Source: an uncultured virus (IMG/VR IMGVR_UViG_3300042691_010759)
Taxonomy: Duplodnaviria > Heunggongvirae > Uroviricota > Caudoviricetes
Virus record (IMG/VR): IMGVR_UViG_3300042691_010759
DNA length: 58,099 nt
Direction: 5' to 3' (one strand)
In this document: in pieces, positions 38,551 through 48,339 of the stretch
Layout of the letters: each line of letters opens with the position of its first letter
Numbering within the stretch: position 1 is the first letter of the stretch
Notes under the pieces: generated by a model
What the model was told of the DNA's origin: nothing
What the model saw: only the letters and a program-made list of their open reading frames with translations
The model's database searches: none
Program-made: the position numbers and the translations under genes

Positions 38551-38592
38551 AAAAAAAGGAGAGAAGAGTTTTCACTCCACTCTCCTTTTTTT
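38551..38592 (-). terminator. Rho-independent terminator (potentially bidirectional)
   Basis: aaaaaaaggagag...gagt-tttc-actc...ctctccttttttt inverted repeat downstream of the 448-aa gene. Confidence 0.85.
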
Positions 38593-38614
38593 AGTTTAAC
38601 AATGGTTATTATTA

Positions 38615-39961
38615 TTACGGTGCCGGTACAAGTGCCGCAATATCAAATACACAAGCTGTTGGTGTTAGAATCTCAACTTCTTCGCAATCTGTATTACAAG
38701 CAGCAAATAGGTTTGTGAAATAAGTTTCTAACGTTACAGAATCTGGTGTAACAATATCCAACAAGTACTGATCGTTATCAAATGTTCCAGAAGGATTATT
38801 GAAACGTGGTACAGAATGCAACAAGAACACACGGTCATACATTGCAGTTCTATTAACTACATTCCAAATATCTGTACCTTGAGTAATCTCACGGATACGA
38901 AGATCAGAATGCATAAAGTTTTGCAAGTAAGATTCATGAAGAATTACATCGCGTGCTACTGTCTCACCAAGACCTTGTGCTTGAATTCCAGGACAAGTCT
39001 CAACTACACACAATCCTTCAAATGTACACGGATCACCATTCAAATCAACTTCAGAAGCATAAATTTGAATTGGCTCAAGTCCATAGTAATCTGTAGGACA
39101 GAAAGTACAATCGTTGAATTGAGTATCAACATATGCACCAATCAAAATCAAACCTGCAGAAGTTACAGTTGGAGGAATGTTAGCCCAAATCTGGTTAACC
39201 GGTAATCCTAGTTCAGCTGCTACAGTAGCATCTTGAGCATAAGCAACACCATCAACAACAACTACTGGACGTACAAAATCCTTAAGATAAGGATTACCAG
39301 CATCAGAAGCTGCATTATAGTTTGTTGTAGTTACAGGTAAACCTGCAATTTGCTGAGCAAAAGACAAGTAAACAGTAGCTGGATCTACTGGAGTTGGATT
39401 GTCCGGATCATCACAACATCCTGTATAAACTCCAAGAGTTTGATATAAGTTGTGATTAGCAAAACGCAAAGCTGCCGTACCTTTGATATCAATTCTTAGG
39501 TAGTACGTTTCTTCACAGATAAACTCCTTATTACATTCAAGACCGTTATCCGGAGTACCACCAATTTGAAGAACCGCTGCAGAAGCCATTCCTGCCTTTT
39601 GAACCCAGGCTTTACGTAAGTACTTAGGATTGATTTCCTTAGACTTGTTTGATGCTTGGTATCCACCATGAAAAGGTCCCTGCTTGTCCTTAATCTTAAT
39701 AGCTGCACTAGCTACATAGAAAGGACAACATTCTGGAGATTCTGTAAGAATAGGAAGAGACAAATCTTTATTTGCTCCTTTTGCTCCAAAGATACCTGTA
39801 GTACCAGGTCCCAAAAGATAAGCAGCGCTAGTGTTCTTCAGTTCACTTACATGAACACCCGCTGTAGTCAAAATTCCGTTAACCGTTGATGCACTTGGGG
39901 CAATAGTGTCTGCCTTTGTTGCGATAAACGTTTTACGGAACGCGTGATTAAAGTAACTCAT
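38615..39961 (-). CDS. Abundant structural protein, probably auxiliary capsid protein (448 aa)
   Basis: Has its own promoter-like box and terminator, suggesting high expression; position matches the crAss auxiliary capsid gene; C.ETYYLRIDIKG motif. Confidence 0.55.
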   Translation of the reverse strand: MSYFNHAFRKTFIATKADTIAPSASTVNGILTTAGVHVSELKNTSAAYLLGPGTTGIFGAKGANKDLSLPILTESPECCPFYVASAAIKIKDKQGPFHGGYQASNKSKEINPKYLRKAWVQKAGMASAAVLQIGGTPDNGLECNKEFICEETYYLRIDIKGTAALRFANHNLYQTLGVYTGCCDDPDNPTPVDPATVYLSFAQQIAGLPVTTTNYNAASDAGNPYLKDFVRPVVVVDGVAYAQDATVAAELGLPVNQIWANIPPTVTSAGLILIGAYVDTQFNDCTFCPTDYYGLEPIQIYASEVDLNGDPCTFEGLCVVETCPGIQAQGLGETVARDVILHESYLQNFMHSDLRIREITQGTDIWNVVNRTAMYDRVFLLHSVPRFNNPSGTFDNDQYLLDIVTPDSVTLETYFTNLFAACNTDCEEVEILTPTACVFDIAALVPAP

Positions 39962-39995
39962 TTTTCTTTTTTTTTAATTATACAAACATTACACT

Positions 39996-40032
39996 ATAAT
40001 ATACACATTTTCTTTTACAAATAAAAGAAAAT
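39996..40032 (-). promoter_or_regulatory. GTATATTAT box (39996-40004) preceded by an 11-bp inverted repeat (40007-40032)
   Basis: attttctttta-caaa-taaaagaaaat perfect inverted repeat next to the recurrent 9-mer. Confidence 0.55.
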
Positions 40033-40041
40033 TGCAAATTT

Positions 40042-40746
40042 TTAATTATTTGATTCAACTTGAGAAGATGCTGTTTGTTGCTGATTAAATGATTCAATAT
40101 CACCAGCTAGAATTTTGGCAGCTTCATCAATGAATAATTCAACAATATCATCCTTGAATTCACACTCAACATTCACAGTAGATAGAACTTGAGTATAAGG
40201 ATCTACACAACCCTGAATTTCAATACGTGTAGGCTGTCTATAATATGAAAGACTAGCGGTATCAATATCAAATTCATTATTTGTATAGATTCTTACCTTA
40301 TTTCCTTTGAGAGTACAAAAGGTTTCTCCCCAGGATAAACTAGGTTTTTTAATCTCATCTCTTAGTAACTCATCTACATTTGCTTCTTCAGCAAGATAAA
40401 TTACCATTCTTTTTGGCTTGTCACAACATTCTGTACCAGCTTTGCTACTAAGTCTTTTCCATTCAAAGTAGTTAGCCGGTAAGTCATTTGACTCAAAATA
40501 GAGATCCCTCTTTTGCAAAGGGATCTCTAATTCAGTCAGAAGAATTTGTAAATCATCAATACGGCGCTTAGATTGCTCATCTCCAGTCTGCTTAATATTC
40601 ATACCGTGAAGATTTCTACGACACCACGCAACTTGTCCTTTATTGAACGCTTCAACAATTTGCCAGCACTCAATATTATCATAATCGCTTGAGGCTAGTT
40701 TATTTAGTCTCTGCTGAATCTTAAGTTGGATAGTTGCGTTATTCAT
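40042..40746 (-). CDS. Head-tail ring protein (R3-like, 234 aa)
   Basis: LNKLAS......I...FNKGQ...EQSKRRIDDLQ.L...Y.R.P..I...CEF....E..IDEA pattern typical of crAss ring proteins. Confidence 0.7.
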   Translation of the reverse strand: MNNATIQLKIQQRLNKLASSDYDNIECWQIVEAFNKGQVAWCRRNLHGMNIKQTGDEQSKRRIDDLQILLTELEIPLQKRDLYFESNDLPANYFEWKRLSSKAGTECCDKPKRMVIYLAEEANVDELLRDEIKKPSLSWGETFCTLKGNKVRIYTNNEFDIDTASLSYYRQPTRIEIQGCVDPYTQVLSTVNVECEFKDDIVELFIDEAAKILAGDIESFNQQQTASSQVESNN

Positions 40747-40764
40747 TAGATGATCACTTTAAGA

Positions 40765-41130
40765 TTACTTAAAACGAATATTATTAAGAAGAGTGTTACG
40801 CATAGCTCCACCTTTCTTATATCCTTCACCCATTTGATTTAGCTCATTAATTGTATTTTGATTTGCCGTAGCTGTTTGACCAAGTTTTTGGTTAGTATAG
40901 GCATTGGCTGCATTTAATTGCATTTGATACAAATCTTGAGCTCTTTGTTCAATAGGATTTCTAGCTACATTATTAACACCAAACATTTCCTCATAAGGTG
41001 TACCACTATTAATAGCAGTTAATATCTTACCAGCCTTTTTATTAAGGCGGTTTTCTTCTCGCACCATACGGTTGTTAGCCATATTTTTACGCATATTTCC
41101 AAATATGCCACCATCATTGTACTTTTTCAT
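40765..41130 (-). CDS. Hypothetical protein bounded by YxxGG motifs (121 aa)
   Basis: ORF track; begins MKKYNDGG and ends ...GYKKGGAMRNTLLNNIRFK. Confidence 0.7.
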   Translation of the reverse strand: MKKYNDGGIFGNMRKNMANNRMVREENRLNKKAGKILTAINSGTPYEEMFGVNNVARNPIEQRAQDLYQMQLNAANAYTNQKLGQTATANQNTINELNQMGEGYKKGGAMRNTLLNNIRFK

Positions 41131-41148
41131 AACTCAAAAGTTTACTAA

Positions 41149-41262
41149 TTAACACGCGCCTTTTTTCATACCGCCCTTTTTCATCATAGGAACTGGCTTT
41201 TCCATCATCTTTTTAGATCCTGCTTTCTTAACAGCAGTCTTCTTTGCTATTGTTTTTTTCAT
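41149..41262 (-). CDS. Small Lys/Met-rich peptide (37 aa, MKKTIAKKTAVKKAGSKKMMEKPVPMMKKGGMKKGAC)
   Basis: Start re-assigned to ATG 41262, 10 nt after the upstream stop, avoiding the overlap in the track ORF. Confidence 0.65.
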   Translation of the reverse strand: MKKTIAKKTAVKKAGSKKMMEKPVPMMKKGGMKKGAC

Positions 41263-41272
41263 ATCACTTGTT

Positions 41273-42409
41273 TTATTTGTTCCAATATTCTTCTTCAATA
41301 TCTTTAAGTAGACGGATAAGAACATCCTCATTTAGAGGATTCTTTAAATATTGTACTACATCAGATACGTTACGGCCTAACATAGTAGATGTAGGATTGT
41401 AATACAACATTCCATCTGCTTTAAGACTGATTATTCTATAAAAAGATGCATCTTTTACAAGAGCTCTTAATTTTAGAGTTTCCATATCTAAACGTACTAT
41501 CTCAATGAATCTTTCAGCAGCTTTAGCTGGTGAAGCTTCTGATCCATTACCGGCGATGTATTCATCCATAAGATCATACAATACATCTAGCGGTGTTGAA
41601 ACAGTGTATCTGGAACCTGTGCCATCTATTACCTTTGTTACATAAAGTAGTTTCTTAGGATTCTTCTTATAAAGAGAATCTAATTCACCAATAGCTTCAT
41701 TCTTAAGTTTCTTGAAAGTTGTTCTAGAAGAAACTGTAAATGTTTCTTTATCAAGGAAGAACTTTGGTGGCTTAATCTTAGTTATGGCATCGTCATAGCT
41801 CTTAGCTATAAGATCAAATCCTCCAGCTTCAATAGCCATAAATTTAATTAAATCATAAGCGTCCTCAAGAGGATCAAAAAATACAGGTTCGTTTCCACAA
41901 CGGATTGTAATTTTGCTCCAAAATAAATGATTATTGGGTTTCAATAATTGAACTTTATCCCAAAACGCTTCGTCATCAATTTTGATAACATTACTGGCAA
42001 GTTGTTTTTCTAAAAAAGAAACAACCATTCTTATGTTTTTTATTACAGCTTCTCTAGTTTCAGATTCTAATCTCTGAACTTCTGGCGCAAATTCATCAAG
42101 TCCTGTAATATATCTTATCACTCCATTTTTTTCTAGGGCCGCAATCTGTTCTTCATGATACGTACCTGGAAAAAGAGCAAAGCCGTAATCTTCTAATCCC
42201 ATGTTTTCTTGTTGAGGATTTACATAAGGCTTGATAGAAATTTTACCTACCTTCTTAAACATGTCTTCAATTTTAGGAGTCTTCTTAGTAGAAGTTTCTA
42301 CCATAATTTCTGGTACATTCGGTTTAAGAATAGTAGCTTCTGGAGATCCTAATACTTCAGCAGTATCTCCTTCAATAAATACAGATTCTCTTTTTGTTGT
42401 TCTTGACAT
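41273..42409 (-). CDS. Conserved crAss-type protein downstream of MCP (378 aa), function unknown
   Basis: ORF track; synteny; C-terminal LG.N..DVV.YLKNP.N motif. Confidence 0.65.
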   Translation of the reverse strand: MSRTTKRESVFIEGDTAEVLGSPEATILKPNVPEIMVETSTKKTPKIEDMFKKVGKISIKPYVNPQQENMGLEDYGFALFPGTYHEEQIAALEKNGVIRYITGLDEFAPEVQRLESETREAVIKNIRMVVSFLEKQLASNVIKIDDEAFWDKVQLLKPNNHLFWSKITIRCGNEPVFFDPLEDAYDLIKFMAIEAGGFDLIAKSYDDAITKIKPPKFFLDKETFTVSSRTTFKKLKNEAIGELDSLYKKNPKKLLYVTKVIDGTGSRYTVSTPLDVLYDLMDEYIAGNGSEASPAKAAERFIEIVRLDMETLKLRALVKDASFYRIISLKADGMLYYNPTSTMLGRNVSDVVQYLKNPLNEDVLIRLLKDIEEEYWNK

Positions 42410-42410
42410 A

Positions 42411-42473
42411 ACTATTTATTTGTTGGTTTAATAGTGCCTGCCGGTGTGCGAAGTCCGGTAACGCGTTCAGGCA
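42411..42473 (-). promoter_or_regulatory. Structured leader: GC-rich stem plus hairpin presenting AAACCAACAA
   Basis: TGCCTG...CAGGCA outer stem (42473-42435) with internal CCGG/CCGG, then ACTATT-[AAACCAACAAATA]-AATAGT just before the ATG. Confidence 0.45.
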
Positions 42474-42512
42474 AAAAAGAAAAAGGGAGGAGAGGTGGAC
42501 CTCCCTTTTTCT
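42474..42512 (-). terminator. Rho-independent terminator after the major capsid gene
   Basis: agaaaaagggagg / cctccctttttct inverted repeat with a U-tract on the minus strand. Confidence 0.85.
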
Positions 42513-42519
42513 GAATTTA

Positions 42520-44145
42520 TTAGAATGATCCTCCAGTAATTGGGTTTCTCATAACAATCTTAAGGACTTTAGTAGGATCCTTAACCCAAATTGCAGGCAT
42601 CATTTGTGTCATGTATACACGGTATCCGTTAAACTGACCTGATGACTGGAATCCTTGGCTACGTCCCATATAATCCATAGTACCATTTTGATACCACCAC
42701 TTCAATTGGTTATCCCAAGCCAACTTCAACATGTAAATGTTGTCATTGTTGTTATCAGTGATATCAAAGATAATAAATGAATAAGAAGAAAGCGCAAATC
42801 CATCAATTACCGGGTTCTCAATGTCATTTGTATGAACATTGTCAAACGCAGGATTAATCACAAACTGAACGTTAGCCAAGAATGGAATAACGTAGCTTGT
42901 AAATGCGTATCCAAATCCAAGATTCATTCCTGTACCAGATACTGCATTGATACCTGACTTATCACCGTTAACCTGGATGAAGTTATCAGATGCTGCTTCA
43001 CGCTTAATTGCTTCATTCACCATACGCATACCACCCATACCTGTTTGTACGATGATTTGACGTTTTGGATCCGGACCAGTAAATTCTACGCGTCCGTTGT
43101 AGAAATTGTAAAGCTCAGTACGGAACAATTCAAGATCAAAGCTTGATTTGTTATATACACGCTTGAATGAGTTATCAAGCTGCTTCCAAAGTCCAACAGA
43201 AAGACGTAAATCATCTGGACCATCCTGACGAACTCTACCTCCGTGTCCCCACATTAGGTAAGTCTCAATATCCGTTGCAACCTTAGTAAGGTGTGCCGCT
43301 TCAAGAGAAGTAAGGAATGTACGAGAAAGATCACCATTTGCCATAGCTTTCTTAACGTAATCTTTACCCATAGTTCCTACCATCTGCTCAATAGTAGATA
43401 CAGAAGGATCCATGTTTTTGTCAAAATTACGCCAGATTTCAGTTACAGGAATTGTACCATCAGCATTCAATCCTCCTTTAATCTGCATATCTGCACGAGA
43501 AGAAATTGAATAATGTACGTGAGCTTCTGCACCACCTACATAGTTATAGAACTCACGGTATCCAGATCTTGTAGTGATGTCAGAGAAACGCTCTCCATAT
43601 TCTCCACGCGCAGAACCTTTACGGAAGAATTTAGTACCAGACTTCAAGAACTTAATGTCCATGTACTTATAGCTATCGTTGTTCACGATACGTACAGTGT
43701 AAATAAATCCGTCTCCAACAGGAAGAATGTCATCTTCTGCAGAAACAATTAATTCACATCCGTTGTACTTGTCATAAGTAATGATGTCTCCATGTCCAAA
43801 TTCACGCTTATTAAGCTTGATTCGGAATGTAGTTTCATCAAGTCCTGGTTGCTGGCTTGGTTCAACATTCTCAACAATATACGGAAGATCCTGTGAAATA
43901 GGCGTTTGCCATTTCCACTCTCCACGGATATTGTCAACTTCGATAATGTTCTTACCGCCAAAGCTTGACATCTGATAAAGAGGCATTTCTACCTTCTGAG
44001 TCATAGCCCAGATATCAACTGGTCCCATGTCAGTAGGCTCTGCATCCTTCAGCATGTTTGCCAAGTGGTAAGAGTCAACATGTGAGCTTGCCTGATACGA
44101 AGTGTCTCTCAGAAACAAGCCATTGTTAAAAGTTGGTGTACTCAT
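42520..44145 (-). CDS. Major capsid protein (crAss-type HK97 fold, 541 aa)
   Basis: Size; order portal-scaffold-MCP; followed by a strong terminator; E.YLMWG.G...GLW.QL, TG.GG and IWVKDPT+ motifs. Confidence 0.85.
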   Translation of the reverse strand: MSTPTFNNGLFLRDTSYQASSHVDSYHLANMLKDAEPTDMGPVDIWAMTQKVEMPLYQMSSFGGKNIIEVDNIRGEWKWQTPISQDLPYIVENVEPSQQPGLDETTFRIKLNKREFGHGDIITYDKYNGCELIVSAEDDILPVGDGFIYTVRIVNNDSYKYMDIKFLKSGTKFFRKGSARGEYGERFSDITTRSGYREFYNYVGGAEAHVHYSISSRADMQIKGGLNADGTIPVTEIWRNFDKNMDPSVSTIEQMVGTMGKDYVKKAMANGDLSRTFLTSLEAAHLTKVATDIETYLMWGHGGRVRQDGPDDLRLSVGLWKQLDNSFKRVYNKSSFDLELFRTELYNFYNGRVEFTGPDPKRQIIVQTGMGGMRMVNEAIKREAASDNFIQVNGDKSGINAVSGTGMNLGFGYAFTSYVIPFLANVQFVINPAFDNVHTNDIENPVIDGFALSSYSFIIFDITDNNNDNIYMLKLAWDNQLKWWYQNGTMDYMGRSQGFQSSGQFNGYRVYMTQMMPAIWVKDPTKVLKIVMRNPITGGSF

Positions 44146-44183
44146 TTGTGTGGGTATTTAATTATTAATTGTTTACTTATTTA

Positions 44184-45437
44184 TTACCTTCCGAAGAAGT
44201 TTCTTTGTTTTCTTGGAATACCCGGTCTAGAAACAGTTCTTCTAGTATCAGTATCTTCCTCTTCTTGCTGTGCTATAGTTGTTTTAGTAGCTTGTTCAGT
44301 TTTCAAAGTTCTCATAATTTTAGCATTAGTTTCCTTATCTTGAACTGATCTTACTTTTTCTTTGTAGCCATCTGGATCAGCAAGTAACCAGAGAGCTTCC
44401 GCAATCAAATCATGTCTTGGTTCTACCCATTGGTATTTTTCCAATAAGTGACCTAACATATTTGTTTGCCTTCCATTAATTGATGGATAATTTGATTGAA
44501 CAAGACCTGCATAAAGCATATTTTGTGTCTTGTTATCTAAATCAATACCATTCAATTTAGATGGTTCTAATGCAGAATAAACACTCTCAATATACATTTG
44601 AGATTGTTCTCTACGCATAGCAGATTGCTTTTCTTGTTCAGCAATTCTTTGATTCACCATTTGTTGTTGCATTGCATCCAACTTTGGTTTAAATTGTTTT
44701 GCTTTCTTTTCAAGATCTCCGCGATCCTCATAGCTATAGATCTCTTCTTCAATTTCTTCAGGAGTACCAAATCCGGTAGCCTGTAAATAAGCTCTAATAG
44801 CATATTTTTGACCTGCTTCAGATGCAATGTCTAATTCATATACTTCACGTGATGCAGCCAATGCTGAAAACATTCCTTTTAAATCATCTCCACCATTAGC
44901 AAGGTAATCATACGCTTGTTGCATTTCTGGGGGCAATGACTGGAAAAATTGTTGAGCCACCTGATTTCCCATCTTATTTTGATAGTTCTCAAAATTAGCT
45001 TCAAGTAATTCCTCAAAATCCTCAGCTGAATAGTCTTCTAGTTTTTTGTCATCTTCAAAAGGAAATATGATACCTTTATCAATCAGCTTTTTAGTAGCAC
45101 TAATTAATGCTGCTGGTCTACCTCCTTTATTTTTAGAATCTGTATCAACATCAAAATCAGATCCTGATGGAGGAAGTAAAGGATTATAATCATCATCATC
45201 CTCTTGCTCATCCTTAGTAGAAGTACTTTGCGTAGTATCCGCATTTACCGTTGCCTCTTTTACAAAAGGCTTGTCAAGGAACGTTGTGTCAACCGATAAA
45301 GGACTAAATACGCTTTTCTTTTCCGGTTTATCTCCCTCATTAGGAAGCATTACATTGTCAGCTCCAATATTCAGAATGTCATCAATATTGATGTCTACTT
45401 CTTGAACATTAGTAACTTCTTTTTTTTCATCACTCAT
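44184..45437 (-). CDS. Acidic putative scaffolding/assembly protein (417 aa)
   Basis: Highly acidic N-terminus, coiled-coil core and basic C-terminus; lies between portal and MCP. Confidence 0.65.
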   Translation of the reverse strand: MSDEKKEVTNVQEVDINIDDILNIGADNVMLPNEGDKPEKKSVFSPLSVDTTFLDKPFVKEATVNADTTQSTSTKDEQEDDDDYNPLLPPSGSDFDVDTDSKNKGGRPAALISATKKLIDKGIIFPFEDDKKLEDYSAEDFEELLEANFENYQNKMGNQVAQQFFQSLPPEMQQAYDYLANGGDDLKGMFSALAASREVYELDIASEAGQKYAIRAYLQATGFGTPEEIEEEIYSYEDRGDLEKKAKQFKPKLDAMQQQMVNQRIAEQEKQSAMRREQSQMYIESVYSALEPSKLNGIDLDNKTQNMLYAGLVQSNYPSINGRQTNMLGHLLEKYQWVEPRHDLIAEALWLLADPDGYKEKVRSVQDKETNAKIMRTLKTEQATKTTIAQQEEEDTDTRRTVSRPGIPRKQRNFFGR

Positions 45438-45476
45438 AATTGTTGGTTTTTTTATGACTGTACATTAATAATATAC
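45434..45476 (-). promoter_or_regulatory. GTATATTAT box (45468-45476) and AUG-sequestering hairpin with AAACCAACAA loop
   Basis: TCATAA-[AAAAACCAACAA]-TTATGA, where the 3' arm contains the start codon. Confidence 0.55.
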
Positions 45477-45549
45477 GCAATTTTAATTAAAATAAATCTG
45501 AAATGTTTGAAGAAATACGTGTATTCAAAAATATTTTACCATTATATGG

Positions 45550-48339
45550 CTACGATTTTTTACCACCTTCTTTCTTTGATTCTTTTTCTGTTATCTTTAA
45601 GTCAAATTGGTTTTTATTTTCTCTAGCAATTTGAAGATCTTTTTCTTTCATTTCTCTTTGAAGAGCCAGTTCTTCTCTTTTAATATTCATTTTCTCAGAT
45701 TGCTGATTTCTATTATCATTTGCTTTCTGAGATTGCAGATCCATTACATGCTGATATTGTTCAGTTTTCTTAATTTTCTCAACGCTATCTATGTAGTCCG
45801 ACTGAAGATTTTGATTAATATCTTGCATAGAACCATAACCCGCAGATTTAATTTCTGCAACCATAAGATCAACTCTTCTATCTTTTTCTTTCTCTCTTGC
45901 CTCATGTTCAAGTGCCATAGCTCTTTCTTTTTGAGAAGCTTCCAGAGCGGCCCGTTGCATTTCTTCTGCTTGCTCTCTTTCATCCATACGCATGCGTATA
46001 GCCTTATCTTCAATACCTTTAAGTGTACTGTTTAATGTACTCATTGAGTCAGCCTGGATAAGTTGTCCTAAATCATAAATAGATGCTCCAGTAGTATTAT
46101 TGCCTGCTGCTAAACGCTTCATCTGGTCAAGGATTGCTCTATGATTAGCTTTTGTACTGCAATAAACATTTATGTCACGTAACAAAAGATCTTCTCCATT
46201 TATCTCAAAGTTTACTCTTTCATCCATACTTGTCATATGTTGAAGACGTATAGATGGTTTTGTAGAGTGATACCATTGAGCTAGATCAGTTCTCATTTCA
46301 TGAACTCTAGGCATTAGATGGTCAGAGTGCTCAACAAAATGCATTTCAGTTTGAGCATAAGATCCTATTTGAGTTTGCTCAACTTCTGTAGCTGTTACTG
46401 TTTGTCCAACAGGTTGCCCCATACGTTGTGGATTAACTCCTACAACTTCAAATGCTTGCATCTTAAAGTAATTTGCAAGTTGAATACGCGACATTAATCT
46501 ATTAGTCTGAGAAAGATCTAATTGTTGGAAGTGACCAAAATTTAAAGCATTCTCTGTATTTGTGATTGAAGTATCTAAAGGAAGTATCTGAAAATCCTTC
46601 ATTGCTACATATGCTTTAGCATAATTACCCTTACCCCAATCCTCACCTAGTGAATGACGCGGTAAAGTATTTTGATCAAGCATTACTACAGTTCCTATTT
46701 CATCTACAAGGATATCGGCAATTTGATTATTAACTATGTTGTACCCTACCTGGAAAGGTTTCATGGAGTCAACTAATGATGTTGAACGCGTATTACGATC
46801 TGAAAAAACTCTACCCTCTACAGGAAGTTTACAACCATAAAGAGTATTATCTCCTTTGAATTGAAATTTCAAAGGTTTCATTCTATTTTGGTTAATACCT
46901 AGATATATAGGATTTACACCACCTGAGTTTTCAATACCCAAGAATGTAGGCTGATTAGGACCTATCTTTACTCCTCCCCAAACATGATTAATCCATACCC
47001 ATTCAATATGCTCACCAAAAACTAGATTTGAAGCTGTCTTATTCTTAATTAGTTGATTATTGTAAATAGGTTTATCTGATACTTCGTAATCTTCACTTAC
47101 AATCTGAGTAGTTACTTCACCAGCTTCATCAATCTTTGTAAGATGACCTATTCTACGTTGAGATTTCCAATAAGCCGTAGTAACACGTAGCATTGTAGGT
47201 CCTTCATTGGTTACGTAGTCTTCAGATTCTTGAAGAACCCACTCTACAATATCATTCCCATTATACACAAAATTATCACGCATAGAAGTGAACTGACGGT
47301 ATGCTAAAGATGGAGATCCCGTATTCCAAGCATGTGATTTAGTAGCATCATAAAAAGTACCATCATTTTGATATCCTCCTATAGGATATCCTGCAGCACC
47401 TATAGGATAATTTTGTTGTAATGATTCTAACTGCTCTTCATTCATAAGCCATCCGTACTTATCAATAACAGCCGGAACAGACATCATTTCAATTTTGCCT
47501 ACATTGTTTCCTTGAGATATATATCTAGTATCTGGAGATTTGTGATAGAATGTAAGAACCGGATTCCACAACTCTACGTCATAATCATCTTCAAGCATAT
47601 TAAAGTGCCAAAATTCTCTATCAGCAATTAGTTTATCCCGGAAACCTCTTTCTTCAAGCTCATCCATTCTAAACCTTTCTTCATCAATTAGATGTTGTTT
47701 TGAAGCCCACTTTTCAGCTAATACTTCATAATCTTTACTATAAAAGTCTTGTATTTCAGGAAGAGTTTTGAGATTTTCAGGTTGTAATTTTTCTTGCATC
47801 ATTTGGGCTCCTTCTTCACTTTCAGGATCCATACCCATATCAATCATCTGATTAAGAAGTTTTGCTTCTGCATATTTTACAAGAACATTCTCAATATCTT
47901 GTCTTTTCTTCTCAATGATTTCATTATGCGTGTATTCATCAACTGCTCTAAAACTTACCCTACGATTTCTTTTAGCAAATTCACTTACAAGTGTATTTAC
48001 AACATTTGGTATAATAGGATAGAACTTTAACTCCAATGCCTCATACTCATCATCTGATGCTAGCTGATGAAGTAAATCATTCATCTCATTATTTTCAGCA
48101 GGGATGTAATCTGTTTTATCAATGATACCTTGAGCAAGTTTATAGTTCTTCATCAATCTGCGCGCATTTCTGCGTAATTGTTTTAAACCATTCCACTCTA
48201 GCCAGTCCATATTCCAGGCCGCCCACTGCTCATCTTTTTCTACCGTAGGTAAAAATTGCAATGGTTGAGAAACGCTCCACAATCTATTGTGTTTAGCCTT
48301 CGCTCCATTCTTTAAATCTAAAGCGTTAAGTATTTTCAT
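45550..48339 (-). CDS. Portal protein (929 aa)
   Basis: Follows TerL; FYPIIPNVVNTLV.E..KR, W.W.N.VW.G.KIG, KLP..G and SLVD.MKP.Q..YNI..NQ motifs of crAss portals; C-terminal coiled-coil barrel. Confidence 0.9.
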   Translation of the reverse strand: MKILNALDLKNGAKAKHNRLWSVSQPLQFLPTVEKDEQWAAWNMDWLEWNGLKQLRRNARRLMKNYKLAQGIIDKTDYIPAENNEMNDLLHQLASDDEYEALELKFYPIIPNVVNTLVSEFAKRNRRVSFRAVDEYTHNEIIEKKRQDIENVLVKYAEAKLLNQMIDMGMDPESEEGAQMMQEKLQPENLKTLPEIQDFYSKDYEVLAEKWASKQHLIDEERFRMDELEERGFRDKLIADREFWHFNMLEDDYDVELWNPVLTFYHKSPDTRYISQGNNVGKIEMMSVPAVIDKYGWLMNEEQLESLQQNYPIGAAGYPIGGYQNDGTFYDATKSHAWNTGSPSLAYRQFTSMRDNFVYNGNDIVEWVLQESEDYVTNEGPTMLRVTTAYWKSQRRIGHLTKIDEAGEVTTQIVSEDYEVSDKPIYNNQLIKNKTASNLVFGEHIEWVWINHVWGGVKIGPNQPTFLGIENSGGVNPIYLGINQNRMKPLKFQFKGDNTLYGCKLPVEGRVFSDRNTRSTSLVDSMKPFQVGYNIVNNQIADILVDEIGTVVMLDQNTLPRHSLGEDWGKGNYAKAYVAMKDFQILPLDTSITNTENALNFGHFQQLDLSQTNRLMSRIQLANYFKMQAFEVVGVNPQRMGQPVGQTVTATEVEQTQIGSYAQTEMHFVEHSDHLMPRVHEMRTDLAQWYHSTKPSIRLQHMTSMDERVNFEINGEDLLLRDINVYCSTKANHRAILDQMKRLAAGNNTTGASIYDLGQLIQADSMSTLNSTLKGIEDKAIRMRMDEREQAEEMQRAALEASQKERAMALEHEAREKEKDRRVDLMVAEIKSAGYGSMQDINQNLQSDYIDSVEKIKKTEQYQHVMDLQSQKANDNRNQQSEKMNIKREELALQREMKEKDLQIARENKNQFDLKITEKESKKEGGKKS

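Noticed and set aside
19304..46013. Short alternative-frame minus-strand ORFs (19304, 23563, 26979, 39496, 43749, 45789)
   Set aside because: Fully nested out of frame within well-supported genes, with no independent evidence.
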